Counted from the whole stretch's first letter, positions 9,780 to 26,610 are shown. The stretch is 61,715 nt of DNA, filler included, from Thermodesulfobacteriota bacterium (GCA_036381125.1; 6 parts of 6 records of this genome joined end to end with filler, not necessarily neighbours in it), one strand, 5' to 3'. Notes: generated from the letters alone by a model not told the origin. Numbers and translations: made by a program.

Positions 9780-12197
9780 TCAGGCCGGTCCCCTGGCCGC
9801 GAAGGCGCGCGCCGCCTCGGCGAAGCCGCGCAGCCGCGCCTCGACGAGCTGGTTCACGCTCCCGTCCGGGAACCGTCCCGCCGCGTCGCGCTCGCCGGCC
9901 GGCCGGCCGAGCAGCAGCGCTATCGCCTCGTCCACGTCCCCCACCGGGTGGATGCGGAACCGGCCCGCCTCGACCGCCTCGACGACGTCGCGCCGGACCA
10001 TGAGGTTCTTGACGTTGCTGCGGGGGATCAGCACCCCCTGCTCCCCCGTGAGGCCGCACTCGCGGCAGACGTCGAAGAAGGCCTCGATCTTCTCGTTCAC
10101 CCCCCCGACCGCCTGCACCTGGCCGTGCTGGTTGATCGAGCCGGTGACGGCGAACGCCTGCGAGACCGGCAGGTCGGCCAGGGCCGAGATCAGCGCGCAG
10201 GCCTCGGCCAGCGAGGCGCTGTCGCCGTCGACGGCGCCGTAGGTCTGCTCGAAGACGAGGCTCGCCGCGAGCGAGAGCGGGGCCTGCGACGCGTACCGGG
10301 CGCCGAGGAAGCCCTCGAGGATCAGGACCCCCTTGGAGTGGATCGGCCCGCCGAGCTCGACCTCGCGCTGGATGTCGACGACCTCCCCCTTGCCCACCCG
10401 CACGCGCGCGGTGATCCGCGCGGGATGCCCGAAGGCGGCGTCGCCGAGCGGGACCACGGAGAGGCCGTTCACCTGTCCGACCGTCGCGCCGGCGGTGTCG
10501 ATGAGGACGGTCCCGCGCCGGATCGACTCGATGACGCGCTCGCGCATGCGGCCCGTACGGCGGCGCTGGGCGTCGATGGCCGCCTGGACGTGCTCGCCCG
10601 TGACGACGGGCGCCGCCGCCGTCTCGGCGTGGAACTCGGCCTCCCTGAGCAGGTCGACGACCGGCCGCATGTGGACCGAGAGCTTCTCGGCGTCCCCCGC
10701 GAGGCGGGCGGCGTGCTCGATGACGCGGACCACGGCGCTCCGGTCGAAGGCGCGCAGGCGCTCGCGGCGGACGAGCGTCGCGATCAGGTTGGCGTAGAGC
10801 GCGTGCGTCTCCGGCCGCCGGTCCAGGCTCTCCTCGAAGTCGGCGACGACCTTGAAGAGCTCGGGGACGTCGGGGTCGACGGCCGCCATCAGATGGTAGA
10901 GGAGCCGTTCCCCGACCAGGATGACCTTCGTCCCGCCGAAGGGGATCGGCTCGGGCTCGAGCGACACGGTCGGCACGACCGCGAGGAGTTCGGCGGGGGG
11001 CTCCATCCGGATCTCCCGGGAGCGGATGGCCCGCTTGAGCGCCTCCCACGCGAACGGCTGCTGCAGGACCTTGCGGGCGTCGAGGATCAGGTACCCGCCG
11101 CTCGCCCGGTGGAGCGCGCCCGGCTTGATCAGGGTGACATCGGTGAGCAGGGCCCCGAACTGGGCGACGTGCTCGATGCGGCCGACGAGGTTCGTGTAGG
11201 TCGGGTGGTCCTCGTGGACGATCGGCGCGCCCCGCGTGGCGCCGTTGTCGACGAGGACGTTGACCGCGTAGCGCCGCGCCGCGGCGCCGTCCCTCTGGTT
11301 GCGGCGGAACGCCTGGGCGAGCATCGCCTCGAGCCCCATCGGCCCCGCCTCGAGGAACTCGTCGGCGCGGTCGATGACGTCGCGTTCGACCTCGTCGAGG
11401 TACTCGAGGACGGCCGGCAGGTCCCGATAGCGGGCGCGCACGCCGTCGAGCACGCGGCGGGCGACCGAGGTCGACGTCTCCCGGTCGAGCCCCTTCATCG
11501 CCTCGTGCTGCTCGTGCCCCCACTCGTGGAGCCGCTGGAAGAACGCCTGCACGTCGGAGCCGACCCGCTCCATCTCGGCCTGCATCCGCGCCTGCTCCGG
11601 CCTGGAGAGCTGCGCCAGGTCGGCAGGCCTGAGCGGGGCGCCGTCGCGCAGGGGGGCCACGACGAGGCCCCCCTCGGTTCGCACCACCGCGACCCCCCGC
11701 TGCCTCGCCCGCTCCTGCACCTCCGCGAAGGCCTGCGCCTGGCGCTCGTTGAACCGGGCGATCAGCTCCTGCTTGCGCGTGCGGTACTCCTCGCTGTCGA
11801 ACGCGGCACGCATGGCGTCGCGGATGTCGGCCACGGCCTGCTGCATGTCGTCGCGCAGCCGCGAGCCGCGCCCCGGAGGGAGCGAGAGGACGCGGGGCCG
11901 ATGGGCGTCGGCGAAGTTGTGGACGTAGCAGCGGTCCGGCGGCGCCGCCTCGCCCGCCGCTCGCGGCCCGAGGATCTCGCGCAGGAGCGTCTCCTTGCCG
12001 ACGCCGGGCGGGCCCATCGCGAAGAGGTTGTAGCCGTCGTGCCGGATGGTCAGCCCGAACCGGACCGCCTCGACGGCGCGCTCCTGGCCCACCATCCCGG
12101 TGGTCCCGACGGCCTCGTCCGTCGTCGCGAAGGGGATGTCGTCCGGCTCACACCGCCGGTACAGGTCGGCGGCCGACAGGGTGGACGCGGCACGCAT
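9780..12197 (-). CDS. Lon-like (LonC/AAA_32) ATP-dependent S16 protease
   Basis: GQERA, GPPGVGKE, PGALHRASGGYL, GQVNGLSV, catalytic DGDSAS and NEKIEAF. Confidence 0.9.
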   Translation of the reverse strand: MRAASTLSAADLYRRCEPDDIPFATTDEAVGTTGMVGQERAVEAVRFGLTIRHDGYNLFAMGPPGVGKETLLREILGPRAAGEAAPPDRCYVHNFADAHRPRVLSLPPGRGSRLRDDMQQAVADIRDAMRAAFDSEEYRTRKQELIARFNERQAQAFAEVQERARQRGVAVVRTEGGLVVAPLRDGAPLRPADLAQLSRPEQARMQAEMERVGSDVQAFFQRLHEWGHEQHEAMKGLDRETSTSVARRVLDGVRARYRDLPAVLEYLDEVERDVIDRADEFLEAGPMGLEAMLAQAFRRNQRDGAAARRYAVNVLVDNGATRGAPIVHEDHPTYTNLVGRIEHVAQFGALLTDVTLIKPGALHRASGGYLILDARKVLQQPFAWEALKRAIRSREIRMEPPAELLAVVPTVSLEPEPIPFGGTKVILVGERLLYHLMAAVDPDVPELFKVVADFEESLDRRPETHALYANLIATLVRRERLRAFDRSAVVRVIEHAARLAGDAEKLSVHMRPVVDLLREAEFHAETAAAPVVTGEHVQAAIDAQRRRTGRMRERVIESIRRGTVLIDTAGATVGQVNGLSVVPLGDAAFGHPARITARVRVGKGEVVDIQREVELGGPIHSKGVLILEGFLGARYASQAPLSLAASLVFEQTYGAVDGDSASLAEACALISALADLPVSQAFAVTGSINQHGQVQAVGGVNEKIEAFFDVCRECGLTGEQGVLIPRSNVKNLMVRRDVVEAVEAGRFRIHPVGDVDEAIALLLGRPAGERDAAGRFPDGSVNQLVEARLRGFAEAARAFAARGPA

Positions 12198-12327
12198 GGT
12201 CCCCTACGCCTCGCCCCGCTCGATACCCTGGATGGAGACGCCGACGATTCGACGCACCTGTCGATCCCCCGTGCGGTCTGCTCCGGCACCCGGCCGGTCG
12301 GGCCGCGACCGCGGCGGCCGTGAGACA

Positions 12328-12343
12328 TGCAAGCCGGGCGCCA
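12328..12343 (-). promoter_or_regulatory. Sigma-54 promoter of the Lon-like protease
   Basis: Minus strand TGGCGC-CCGGC-TTGCA. Confidence 0.78.
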
Positions 12344-12398
12344 GCGACCGAGCGCCGTGCCGGCCGTCCCGGTCCCCGAGGCCGCGCGGCCGCCTCGC

Positions 12399-12434
12399 GT
12401 GGCGCGCCTGTCCCATCCGTGGCGGCGCCGCCCC
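12399..12434. promoter_or_regulatory. Tandem palindromic enhancer (UAS) candidate
   Basis: GTGGCG-CGCC-TGTCCC (12399) and GTGGCG-GCGC-CGCCCC (12419). Confidence 0.6.
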
Positions 12435-12487
12435 ACCGGCCGCGCCCCGAGCCCGCCGCAGGTCGCCGGACTTGCGCCGGATCGTCG

Positions 12488-12503
12488 TGGCAGCGGGCTT
12501 GCA
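12488..12503 (+). promoter_or_regulatory. Sigma-54 promoter of the VIT1 gene
   Basis: TGGCAG-CGGGC-TTGCA upstream of a GAGGAGG RBS. Confidence 0.8.
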
Positions 12504-12527
12504 TCGGGAGACGAGAGGAGGACCGCC

Positions 12528-13061
12528 GTGAACGACCCGCACGAGCCCCCGCTCGGGGGCGACCTGGTTCGGCACTACCTGGGGGACCTGATCTACGGGG
12601 CCAACGACGGCATCGTCACGACCTTCGCCGTCGTCTCGGGCGTGGAGGGGGGCTCCCTCGACGCCCGCGTGGTCCTCGTCCTCGGGGTGGCCAATCTCCT
12701 GGCCGACGGCGTCTCCATGGGGGCCAGCAACTTCCTCGCCATCCGGTCGGCGGAGGCGGGCCGGGCCGCCTCGGGTCTCGAGCAGGTCGAGCCGTACCCG
12801 AACCGGCACGCCATCGCCACCTTCCTCGCGTTCGTGCTCGCGGGGGCCGTGCCGCTCGTCCCCTACGTCGTCGTCCCGCCGGACCGGCGGTTCCTCACGG
12901 CGATCGTCGCGACGCTCCTCACGCTCTTCGTCGTCGGCGCGCTCCGCTCGTTCGTGACGGCGCTGCGCTTCTGGCGGGCCGGCGCGGAGATGCTCGTCGT
13001 GGGGGCCGCGGCCGCCGCGATCGCCTACGGCGTGGGGGCGCTCGTCGCCGGGCTCGTCTGA
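12528..13061 (+). CDS. VIT1/CCC1 family Fe/Mn transporter
   Basis: GTG start; IYGANDGIVTTFAVVSGV, ANLLADGVSMGASNFL. Confidence 0.9.
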   Translation: MNDPHEPPLGGDLVRHYLGDLIYGANDGIVTTFAVVSGVEGGSLDARVVLVLGVANLLADGVSMGASNFLAIRSAEAGRAASGLEQVEPYPNRHAIATFLAFVLAGAVPLVPYVVVPPDRRFLTAIVATLLTLFVVGALRSFVTALRFWRAGAEMLVVGAAAAAIAYGVGALVAGLV

Positions 13062-13078
13062 GGACCGGCGCCGCGCCG

Positions 13079-13960
13079 TCACTCCGGCTCACGCGACGCC
13101 TCGAAACCCGAGACGAGGTCGAGCAGCTCCGCGGTGATCGTGTCCTGGCGGACGCGGCGCGACTCGGCCGTGAGCGCCTCGAGGCGCTCCTCGATGTTGC
13201 GCTCGGCCGCCTGCATCGCCGAGAGCCGGGCGGCGTGCTCGGCTGCGAGCGACTCGGCCGCCGCGCGGAAGATGCTCACGAAGAGGTGCTGGCGCACGAG
13301 CGCGGCCAGGAGCCGATCGGCGTCCATGGTGTAGGTCGGACGCGTCCTGGACGGCCACGGCTCGCCGGCGAGCCGCTGGAAGCGCCGCAGGTCGACCGGC
13401 AGGAGCGGCGCCAGGTGCGGCGACGCCGCGCCGCCGCGGCCGCGCCGGTTGTGGACCAGGAGGACGCGGGACACCCCTCGCCCCTGCCAGGCCTCGACCG
13501 CGAGGAGGATCTCGTCCACGAGCGCCGAGAGGCCGGCCGCAGTGCCGGGCAGCACGAGCCGGCGCTCGATCCGCTCACCGAACCCCTCGAGTCGTGCCGC
13601 GGCCCGCGCTCCGGCGGCGAGCCAGGCGCGCGCCTCGCGCGGCACGCCGAGTCGCTCCACGGAGGCGCGGGCGAACGCCGCGACGGCGTCGTTGAAGCCC
13701 CCGCAGAGGCCGTGGTCGGAGCCGAAGACGACGGCGCCGGTCGCCCCCGTCTCGCGGCGAGTCGGCTCCGGCCGGGACGGCCGGTCGCGCAGGACCACCC
13801 GGAGCCCCAGTTCGACCGCCCTCGCGTACGACGCGAGCGCGTCGGCCGCCTGGTCGTACTGCCGCACGCTGACGGCCGAGAGCGACTTCATCGTGCGGAC
13901 GATCGACCGGAGGCTCTCGGTCGTGTCGATCCGGCGGCGCAGCGCCTCAAGCGTCGCCAT
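13079..13960 (-). CDS. atpG: N-ATPase gamma subunit
   Basis: [49 protein letters not shown]. Confidence 0.92.
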   Translation of the reverse strand: MATLEALRRRIDTTESLRSIVRTMKSLSAVSVRQYDQAADALASYARAVELGLRVVLRDRPSRPEPTRRETGATGAVVFGSDHGLCGGFNDAVAAFARASVERLGVPREARAWLAAGARAAARLEGFGERIERRLVLPGTAAGLSALVDEILLAVEAWQGRGVSRVLLVHNRRGRGGAASPHLAPLLPVDLRRFQRLAGEPWPSRTRPTYTMDADRLLAALVRQHLFVSIFRAAAESLAAEHAARLSAMQAAERNIEERLEALTAESRRVRQDTITAELLDLVSGFEASREPE

Positions 13961-15512
13961 GACCGCCGCGCGCCCCCCCGGCCGGCAGGATCTCGCGCAC
14001 CGCCGCCCGTGCCAGCTCGAGGAGCCGGTGGCGCGCCTCGTCCCCGAGCCGCTCGCCCCGCTCGATCGCCTCGACGACGTCGCCCGCCTGGTCGCCGAGC
14101 CGCCGGCGGATCGCCGCCTCCGCCGCGGCGACCCGCTCCGGCTCGATCGCGTCGAAGACCCCCTGGCCCGCCGCGAACAGGACCGCGACCTGGTCGGCCA
14201 CGGGGAGCGGCCGGTACTGCGGCTGCTTGAGGACCTCGCGGACCCGCCGCCCACGCTCGAGGTCGCGGCGGGTCCGCTCGTCGAGCCTCGTGCCGAAGCG
14301 GGAGAAGGCCTCGAGCTCCTCGAACTGGGCGTAGGCGAGCCTGAGCGGCCCGGCCACCGCGCGGAAGGCGGGGAGCTGCGCCCGGCCCCCCACGCGCGAC
14401 ACCGACCGGCCGACGTCGACGGCGGGCAGGAGCCCCTTGCGGAAGAGGTCGGGCGACAGGTAGACCTGACCGTCGGTGATCGAGATCAGGTTGGTCGGGA
14501 TGTACGCGGAGAGGTTCTGCGCCTGGGTCTCGACGATCGGCAGGGCGGTGAGCGAGCCGCCCCCGCGCGACTCGCGCAGGCGGGTTGCCCGCTCGAGGAG
14601 CCTCGCGTGGACGTAGAAGATGTCCCCCGGGTACGCTTCGCGCCCCGGCGGGCGGCGCAGCAGGAGGGACAGCTCGCGGTAGGCGCGGGCGTGACGCGTC
14701 AGGTCGTCGTAGACGACCAGCACGTCGCGGCCCCGCGCGACGAAGTACTCCGCCATCGACGTCGCCGCGTACGGCGCGAGGAACTTGAGCCCCGGCGGCT
14801 CCTCCCCGCCGGCCACGACGACGATGGAGTGGTCCATCGCCCCGTGCGCGCGCAGCGCCGCGATCACGCCGGCGACGGCCGATCCCCGCTGGCCGATGGC
14901 GCAGTAGACGGAGACGACGCCGCGGCCGCGCTGGTTGGTGATCGTGTCGACGGCGATGGCGGTCTTCCCCGTCTGGCGGTCCCCCAGGACGAGCTGGCGC
15001 TGACCGCGGCCGATCGGGACGAGGGCGTCGATCGCCTTGATGCCGGTCTCCAGGGGAACGCTCACCGGCGCGCGGTCGAGGATGTCGGGCGCGCCGCGCT
15101 CGGTCGGCCACCGCTCCGCCGCCCGGATCGGGCCGCCGCCGTCGAGCGGCCGGCCGAGCGGGTCGACGACGCGGCCGACGAGCGCCGGACCGACCGGCAC
15201 GTCGACGACCCTGCCGGTGCGGCGGACCGAGGAGCCGGCCGCGGGGGTCGGCGCCGAGCCGAGGAGGACGACCCCCACGCCCCCCGGCTCCAGGTTGGAG
15301 GCCAGGCCGAGGAGGCCCCCCTCGAAGCGGACGACCTCGTCCGCCCGGACGCCGGCGAGGCCCTCCACCTGGGCGGTCGCCCCGGTGACCTGGACGACGG
15401 TCCCGCTCTCCTCCACGCGGAGACCGTCCACCTGGTCGTCGAGGGCGCGCGAGACGAGGCCGAAGGTCTCGCGGGCGAGGTCGGTCAGGCTCGACGGCAC
15501 GTCGCGGCTCAT
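13947..15512 (-). CDS. atpA: N-ATPase alpha subunit
   Basis: [37 protein letters not shown]. Confidence 0.95.
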   Translation of the reverse strand: MSRDVPSSLTDLARETFGLVSRALDDQVDGLRVEESGTVVQVTGATAQVEGLAGVRADEVVRFEGGLLGLASNLEPGGVGVVLLGSAPTPAAGSSVRRTGRVVDVPVGPALVGRVVDPLGRPLDGGGPIRAAERWPTERGAPDILDRAPVSVPLETGIKAIDALVPIGRGQRQLVLGDRQTGKTAIAVDTITNQRGRGVVSVYCAIGQRGSAVAGVIAALRAHGAMDHSIVVVAGGEEPPGLKFLAPYAATSMAEYFVARGRDVLVVYDDLTRHARAYRELSLLLRRPPGREAYPGDIFYVHARLLERATRLRESRGGGSLTALPIVETQAQNLSAYIPTNLISITDGQVYLSPDLFRKGLLPAVDVGRSVSRVGGRAQLPAFRAVAGPLRLAYAQFEELEAFSRFGTRLDERTRRDLERGRRVREVLKQPQYRPLPVADQVAVLFAAGQGVFDAIEPERVAAAEAAIRRRLGDQAGDVVEAIERGERLGDEARHRLLELARAAVREILPAGGARGGHGDA

Positions 15513-16297
15513 GTCAGCCGGACCGCCTCGGCCTCCGCGGGCGGCTCCGCGAGGAGGCCGGCGAGCCGCTGCTCGAGGTCGTCGAGGTAGCCGTCGATGC
15601 TCCAGGTGAGCGTGCGCCCCCCGGCGATCGCCTCGATGCCGCAGGTCACCTGGTCGGTCGTCTCGTACGCGATCTCGAGGCCGCCGCCGAGCGTCTCGTG
15701 CACGGCCGCCGTGATCGTCCGCCGGGCGCTCGCGGGCAGGGGGAAGGCGCTGCGCACGCGGACCGGCCCGCCGGCGGCGCGGGCCTCGGCCGCGACGGCA
15801 TCGGCCGTCTCGGCCGGCAGCCGGCGCACCTGCTCGGCGAAGACCGAGGCCATCTGCTCCTCGAGGGCCGCGTCGGCGAGGTGGGCGAGCGCGCGGCGGG
15901 CCATCTCGAGGAAGTGTCGGGCCGCCTGGCGCCTGAACTCCTGGAGGAACGCCGCCCGCTCCTCCTCGAGCTGGGCCCGCCAGCGGGCGCGGGTCTCCTC
16001 GACCTCCCGCCTGAGGTCGGCCTCGAGCTGGCGGCCGAGCCGCTCCGCCGCGGCCCTCGCCTCGTCCATCAACCGGGTCCGCGCCGCCTCGAGCGCCTCG
16101 AGCGCCTCCTCGTGGCGGCGGGCCGCCCTCTCCGCCGCCCGCCCCTTCGCCTCGGCCTCCGCGAGCCTGGCGGCGACCTCGGCCTCGCGGCGCTTCATGG
16201 CCCGCACGATCGGCCCGTAGAGGAACCGCGCGAGCAGCCAGACGAGGACGAGGAAGTTGACGATCTGGGCGAGGACGGTGACCCAGTCGACGCGCAT
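15509..16297 (-). CDS. atpF: N-ATPase b subunit (long form, no separate delta)
   Basis: [19 protein letters not shown] membrane anchor, coiled coil, C-terminal CGIE..GG..WSIDGYL. Confidence 0.9.
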   Translation of the reverse strand: MRVDWVTVLAQIVNFLVLVWLLARFLYGPIVRAMKRREAEVAARLAEAEAKGRAAERAARRHEEALEALEAARTRLMDEARAAAERLGRQLEADLRREVEETRARWRAQLEEERAAFLQEFRRQAARHFLEMARRALAHLADAALEEQMASVFAEQVRRLPAETADAVAAEARAAGGPVRVRSAFPLPASARRTITAAVHETLGGGLEIAYETTDQVTCGIEAIAGGRTLTWSIDGYLDDLEQRLAGLLAEPPAEAEAVRLT

Positions 16298-16300
16298 CCG

Positions 16301-16579
16301 CTACCCCGAGACCTGGGCGGCCACCCGGTTCCAGAAGGGATTGGCGAAGATGAGGATCAGCGACACGACGAGGGAGTAGATCCCCGACGACTCGACGATC
16401 GCCAGGCTCACGAAGAGCGTGCGCGAGATCGTGTTGGCCTCGTCGGGCTGCTGGGCGATGGCCGCGAGCCCCTGCGCGGCCGCCCGTCCCTCGCCGAGCG
16501 CGGCGCCGAAGCTGCCGACGGCGACCGTGATCCCGGCCGTGATGATGGAGACCATGCCGATCAGACCGAGGTCGTTCAT
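16301..16579 (-). CDS. atpE: N-ATPase c subunit
   Basis: 92 aa; [27 protein letters not shown]. Confidence 0.93.
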   Translation of the reverse strand: MNDLGLIGMVSIITAGITVAVGSFGAALGEGRAAAQGLAAIAQQPDEANTISRTLFVSLAIVESSGIYSLVVSLILIFANPFWNRVAAQVSG

Positions 16580-17277
16580 GGAGTCCTCCCGTCGCGATCC
16601 GCGTGAGCCTTGCCCGGATGGGCGCGCGTTGCCGCGGCAATGTACACCATCGCCAGGACCGCGAAGATGTACGCCTGGATGAGCCCCGTCAGGAGACCGA
16701 AGAGCTGCATGACGATCGGAAAGAAGAACGGGGCGATGCCGATGAGGATGGCCACGATCATCGTGCCGCTCATCATGTTGCCGTAGAGCCGCACGGCGAG
16801 CGCCACGGTCCTCGAGATCTCGCCCATGACGTTGATCGGCAGCATGAGCGGCGTCGGGTGCAGGTAGGTCCGCAGATACCGGAGAACCCCCTGCCGGGCC
16901 ACGCCGAAGAGCGGCACCGCGACGAGCACGCAGAGGGCGAGCGCCACGGTGGTCGACAGCGAGGCCGTCGGCGGGACGAACCCGGGCACGACACCGAGGA
17001 TGCTGCTGGTCGCGATGAAGAGGAACAGCGTCCCGACGAACGGCAGGTACGGCCCCGGCTCCTGCTGGCTCACCTCGCGGATCTGGGCGCGGATCGCGAG
17101 CACGATCACCTCGAGCAGGTTCTGCCACCGCGTGAGCCGCGTCGAGGCGGACAGCCGGCGCGTGACCAGGCACGAGACCCCCGTGAGGAGCCCCATGACG
17201 AGCCAGGTGTAGGCGATCGTCGCGTTGACCTCGTACGCGCCCCATCGCCAGACGACGACCGCGTCGGTGTTCGGCAT
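16576..17277 (-). CDS. atpB: N-ATPase a subunit
   Basis: [39 protein letters not shown]. Confidence 0.93.
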   Translation of the reverse strand: MPNTDAVVVWRWGAYEVNATIAYTWLVMGLLTGVSCLVTRRLSASTRLTRWQNLLEVIVLAIRAQIREVSQQEPGPYLPFVGTLFLFIATSSILGVVPGFVPPTASLSTTVALALCVLVAVPLFGVARQGVLRYLRTYLHPTPLMLPINVMGEISRTVALAVRLYGNMMSGTMIVAILIGIAPFFFPIVMQLFGLLTGLIQAYIFAVLAMVYIAAATRAHPGKAHADRDGRTP

Positions 17278-17600
17278 CAGGAACGGCCCTCGTCCCGGAC
17301 GAGCCGGCCCGACGGCCGGCGCGGTCCGCCGAGCCCGCGGCGCGCCGCCCCGACGGCTGCGGTCCTCACGGCGAGGAGCCCCGCCATCGCCGCCGCGAGC
17401 CGCTCCCACCGGCCGTCCATGACCAGGAGGATGCCGATCGCGAGGACCGCGAACCGAACGGCGGCGCCGGCGACGAGCCAGCGCGCCGGCGCGGCCACCC
17501 GGTGGAGGCGGCGCACCAGGAGCCAGAGCCCGCCGAAGTGGACCGCGCCGAGCGCGATGCCGGCGAGGAACGGGAGGACGAGGTCTCGTGCGTCAGTCAT
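17277..17600 (-). CDS. atpR: N-ATPase-specific subunit AtpR
   Basis: LGAVHFGGLWLLVRR, membrane Arg residues; lies between atpQ and atpB. Confidence 0.85.
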   Translation of the reverse strand: MTDARDLVLPFLAGIALGAVHFGGLWLLVRRLHRVAAPARWLVAGAAVRFAVLAIGILLVMDGRWERLAAAMAGLLAVRTAAVGAARRGLGGPRRPSGRLVRDEGRS

Positions 17601-17876
17601 CGCGACTCTCCCGCGTCACCCAGTACCAGGCGTTCAGGCACCCCAGGGCGACGCCGCCGAGAAGGCCCGCCAGGGTCCAGGAGATCGGCCCCGGGAACCG
17701 GCGGTCGAGCCAGACGCCGAGGGCGATGCCGACGAGCGTCGGCACCGCGACCGACCAGCCGACGAGGCCGAACATGCCGAGGCCGAACCAGACCCCCCTG
17801 CGGCCGGCGAGGCGGGCCCGGCGCTTGCGCCTCGCCTTGCGGCCGATCGTCTCGGGCACCGAGGGCCGCCGCCGCG

Positions 17877-17880
<4 letters not shown>
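17593..17880 (-). CDS. atpQ: N-ATPase AtpQ (AtpZ/AtpI family)
   Basis: GTG start; WFGLGMFGLVGWSVAVPT, GVWLD, GCLNAWYW. Confidence 0.85.
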
Positions 17881-23381
<5,501 letters not shown>

Positions 23382-23385
<4 letters not shown>

Positions 23386-24266
23386 ACCCGTTTCCGTCGA
23401 TCCTGGTGCCGCTCGACGGCTCGAGCACCGCGGCGCGGAGCCTCGGGTGCGCGACCTGGCTCGCCCGGCGCCTCGGCTCCCGGCTGCACGTCCTCAACGC
23501 GGGCCCCGATCCGCTGCCGGCCCGCGAGGCGCTCACGCGCCTCAAGGTCCCGGAAGCGGCGTGGCCGCTCGTCGTGCTGCACCAGGCGCCGGCCTGCCCG
23601 GCCGACGCCGTCCTCGAGGCGGTCGCCCAGTACGAGGTCCAGCTCGTCGTGATGACGGCGCGGGGCAAGACGGCCGAGGCGCAGGCGGCGGGCGACACGA
23701 CCCGCCTCGTCGGGCACGTGACGCACGCCGTCCTCGAGCGAAGCCCGGTGCCGGTGCTGCTGCTGCCGCCGGCCTACCGCGAGGAGCTGCCGTGGACGCG
23801 CGTCCTCGTCCCGGTCAGCGGCGAGGCCGAGGCGGACGCCGCGCTGACCCTCGCGGTCCGGCTCGCCAGGGCGCTCGACCTCGGGGTCCACGTCGTGCAC
23901 GTGATCCCGCCGGGCGACGGCGACGCCGACCTCGCCGCCAGGGCGCGCTACGCGGACGCCCTCCACCACGAGTACCCGCGCCAGCTCGAGGAGGTCGTCA
24001 GCCGCGCCCTCGCCGACTGCACCCCGGGGGAGCGCTGCCGCGTCGAGGACGTGGCGCTCGGCTACGGCGAGGTCGACACCGAGCTGCTCGCCCTGATCGA
24101 GCGCAAGCGGGTGAGCCTGCTCGTGATCGGCTGGCACGGGTGTCTCGCGAGCGGCCGCGCTCCGGTGCTCAGGCGCCTGATCGAGTCGGTCGCCTCCCCG
24201 CTCCTGCTGGTCAAGCCGGCCGAGCCGCAGCCGTTCCGGCTCAAGGTCGGCGAGGAGATCGAGTAA
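23382..24266 (+). CDS. Tandem-domain universal stress protein
   Basis: ILVPLDGS, VVMTARG, GHVTHAVLERSPVPVLL, second VLVPVSG domain; ATGA overlap with the upstream gene. Confidence 0.85.
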
Positions 24267-24275
24267 CGGGCGCCC

Positions 24276-25751
24276 TCAGAGGTCGAGGCCGAGCGCCGGG
24301 CCCGCGACGAAGTAGCCGACCAGCGACACCAGCACGATCCCGAGCAGGTTCAGCCAGAACCCGGCGCGGACCATCTGCCCGAGTCGCACGTAGCCCGACC
24401 CGAACACCATCGCGTTCGGCGGCGTCGCCACCGGGAGCATGAACGCGAGGCTCGCCGCGAGCGTCGCCGGGACCAGGAGCAGCGTCGGGTCGAGCCCCAG
24501 CGCCGTCGAGACCCCCGCCCCGCCGAGCACCGGCATCAACGTGTTCGCCACCGCCGTGTTGCTCGTCAGCTCGGTCAGGAAGATCACCCCGGTCGCGACC
24601 GCCGCCACCACGAGAAAGGGGTGCGCGCCGCGGAGCGACTCGAAGCCGCCGCCGATGAAGCGGTCCACGCCGCCTCCCTGGATCGCCGCGGCGAGGCTGA
24701 GCCCGCCCCCGAAGAGGACGAGGATCCCCCAGGGGAGCTTCGACGCCGTCTCCCAGTCCATGGCGAACGTCCGGGTCCGGACGTCGACGGGGATCAGGAA
24801 GAGGGCGCCGGCCGCGATGACGGCGATCCCCTCGTCGGTGAGCCCGGTGAGTCCGGTCAGCGCCGCGATCTGCGGCCTCGCGACCCACGCGAGCGCCGTC
24901 AGCGCGAAGACGACGGCCACGACCCGCTCGCCGCGGCTCATCGGCCCGAGCCGGCTGAGCTCGTCCCGGATCATCTGCCGCCCGCCCGGGACGCGGCCGA
25001 GCCGCACGGGGAACGCCACGGCGGTCAGGTACAGCCACGCGAGCGGCAGGAACGCCGCGACGAGCGGCAGGCCCACCGCGAGCCACGCCGTGAAGCCGAT
25101 CTCCTGCCCGTAGACGCGCTGGACGTACCCCTTGAGGACGACGTTCGGGGGCGTCCCGATCAGGGTGCCCACGCCGCCGATGCTCGCGGCGTAGGCGATC
25201 CCGAGCACGAGCGCGGCAGCGAAGTCGGCCCCCGGCCGCCCCGCCCCCTCCTCCGCTCGCGCGCGCACCAGGCGGATCACGCTCACGCCGATCGGCAGCA
25301 TGATGGCGACCGTGGCGGTGTTGGAGACCCACATGCTCATCGCCGCCGAGGCGAGCATGAAGCCGGCGACGAGCCCGCGCGGCCCGGTGCCGACCATCAG
25401 GACGGTCGCGAGCGCGATCCGCCGGCTGAGTCCCCAGCGCTCCATGCCGAGGCCGAGGACGAAACCGCCCATGAAGAGGAAGATCACCGGGTCGGCATAC
25501 GGCTCGGCCGCCTCGCGGATCGTCCGGGCGCCGAGGAGCGGCAGGCACGCGATCGGGACCAGCGCCGTGGCGGCGAGCGGCACCGCCTCGGTGAGCCACC
25601 AGACGGCCATCAGCACGCCGACGCCCGCGATGACGCGCCCCTCGTGGGTCAGGCCCCGGCCCCCCTCCGCCGCCTCGGGGGCCAGGAGGTACACGACCAG
25701 CCCGAGCACCGGGCCGGCCGCGAGCCCCGCCCACTGGACGCCGACCTGCAC
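24276..25751 (-). CDS. DASS/SLC13 anion:sodium symporter
   Basis: WWLTEAVP, SMWVSNTAT, GTLIGTPPN, TELTSNT, FMLPVATPPNA; true start may be slightly upstream. Confidence 0.92.
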   Translation of the reverse strand: MQVGVQWAGLAAGPVLGLVVYLLAPEAAEGGRGLTHEGRVIAGVGVLMAVWWLTEAVPLAATALVPIACLPLLGARTIREAAEPYADPVIFLFMGGFVLGLGMERWGLSRRIALATVLMVGTGPRGLVAGFMLASAAMSMWVSNTATVAIMLPIGVSVIRLVRARAEEGAGRPGADFAAALVLGIAYAASIGGVGTLIGTPPNVVLKGYVQRVYGQEIGFTAWLAVGLPLVAAFLPLAWLYLTAVAFPVRLGRVPGGRQMIRDELSRLGPMSRGERVVAVVFALTALAWVARPQIAALTGLTGLTDEGIAVIAAGALFLIPVDVRTRTFAMDWETASKLPWGILVLFGGGLSLAAAIQGGGVDRFIGGGFESLRGAHPFLVVAAVATGVIFLTELTSNTAVANTLMPVLGGAGVSTALGLDPTLLLVPATLAASLAFMLPVATPPNAMVFGSGYVRLGQMVRAGFWLNLLGIVLVSLVGYFVAGPALGLDL

Positions 25752-25801
25752 CCGGCTGGCCGGCTGCGGCTCCGGCGCGCCGGGGAGGTCGCCTGCCGCG
25801 T

Positions 25802-26113
25802 TCAGCGCTGGCCGAGCCGCCCGAGCGTGCTGTCGAGCGCGCGCTCGAGCTTACGCGTGGCGCCGTCGATCGCCTGCCGCATCGTCTCGGCCTGGTCGCT
25901 CGCCGCGACCGGATCGAGCCCGGCGAGGCGCGCCTCCAGGACGCAGCGCTTGTCCTCTCCCGACTTGAGGCTGTTCACGTCGCTCAGGTGGACCTCCAGG
26001 CGCGTGATGCGATCGGCGAAGCGGTCGAGCGCCTCCCGCATCATCACCTCGACCTCGCGGGCCAGGCTCTCGCCCCCCTGGATCTTGCCATCGGTGTTGA
26101 CCTGAACGTGCAC
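25802..26113 (-). CDS. HPF/RaiA family ribosome-associated protein
   Basis: GTG start after GGAGGA; QVNTD, RITRLEVHLSD, DKRCVLEARLAG. Confidence 0.85.
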   Translation of the reverse strand: MHVQVNTDGKIQGGESLAREVEVMMREALDRFADRITRLEVHLSDVNSLKSGEDKRCVLEARLAGLDPVAASDQAETMRQAIDGATRKLERALDSTLGRLGQR

Positions 26114-26251
26114 GGGTGTCCTCCTCCGGGTCGTCGCTTCCTCTGGTACCGCGCGGCGTCGAGCTCGTCCACGGCGCCGACGGCTCGCCACGGCGCGGGC
26201 GAGCGGCCGCTCGCGTGCAGCCGCGAGCGACCGGTCTCACGGCGGGCTCGT

Positions 26252-26267
26252 GGCATATTCGGTGCCG
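26252..26267 (-). promoter_or_regulatory. Probable sigma-54 promoter of hpf-DASS
   Basis: Minus strand CGGCAC-CGAAT-ATGCC (GG-N10-GC, weak -12). Confidence 0.5.
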
Positions 26268-26329
26268 GGCGCCGACGCCCCGCAAGGGCTCGAAATCGCT
26301 CGCGCGCGCTCCCCAGGCCCCACGGTGCC

Positions 26330-26366
26330 GGGACCTCGGTGCCCCGGTGCGGGACCCGAAAGCCCC
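26330..26366. promoter_or_regulatory. Tandem palindromic enhancer (UAS) candidate
   Basis: GGGACC-TCGG-TGCCCC (26330) and GGGACC-CGAA-AGCCCC (26351). Confidence 0.6.
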
Positions 26367-26594
26367 ACCCCGCCGCCCGGTCGGCACCCACGGCAGCGCC
26401 CGGCGTGCAGGCAGGCCCCGGCCGGGCCGGCGACCCCGCCCGGGGCGGTCCACCGGGCGCCGTGTCGGCGAGCGTCGTCACTTCCCGCAACTTGCGGCAG
26501 CCTGTAGGGTAGGCCGACCGGGCCGGCAAGGCGGGAACTCGGATAAGTCTGCGGAACATCCCCGCTTTTGTGGCACGATGCCGGAGGGGCGTAC

Positions 26595-26610
26595 CGGCTC
26601 GTGTCTTGCT
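26595..26610 (+). promoter_or_regulatory. Probable sigma-54 promoter of the HTH gene
   Basis: CGGCTC-GTGTC-TTGCT. Confidence 0.55.

Noticed and set aside
26571-26586. TGGCACG as a sigma-54 -24 element
   Set aside because: No GC at the -12 position (TGGCAC-GATGC-CGGAG)
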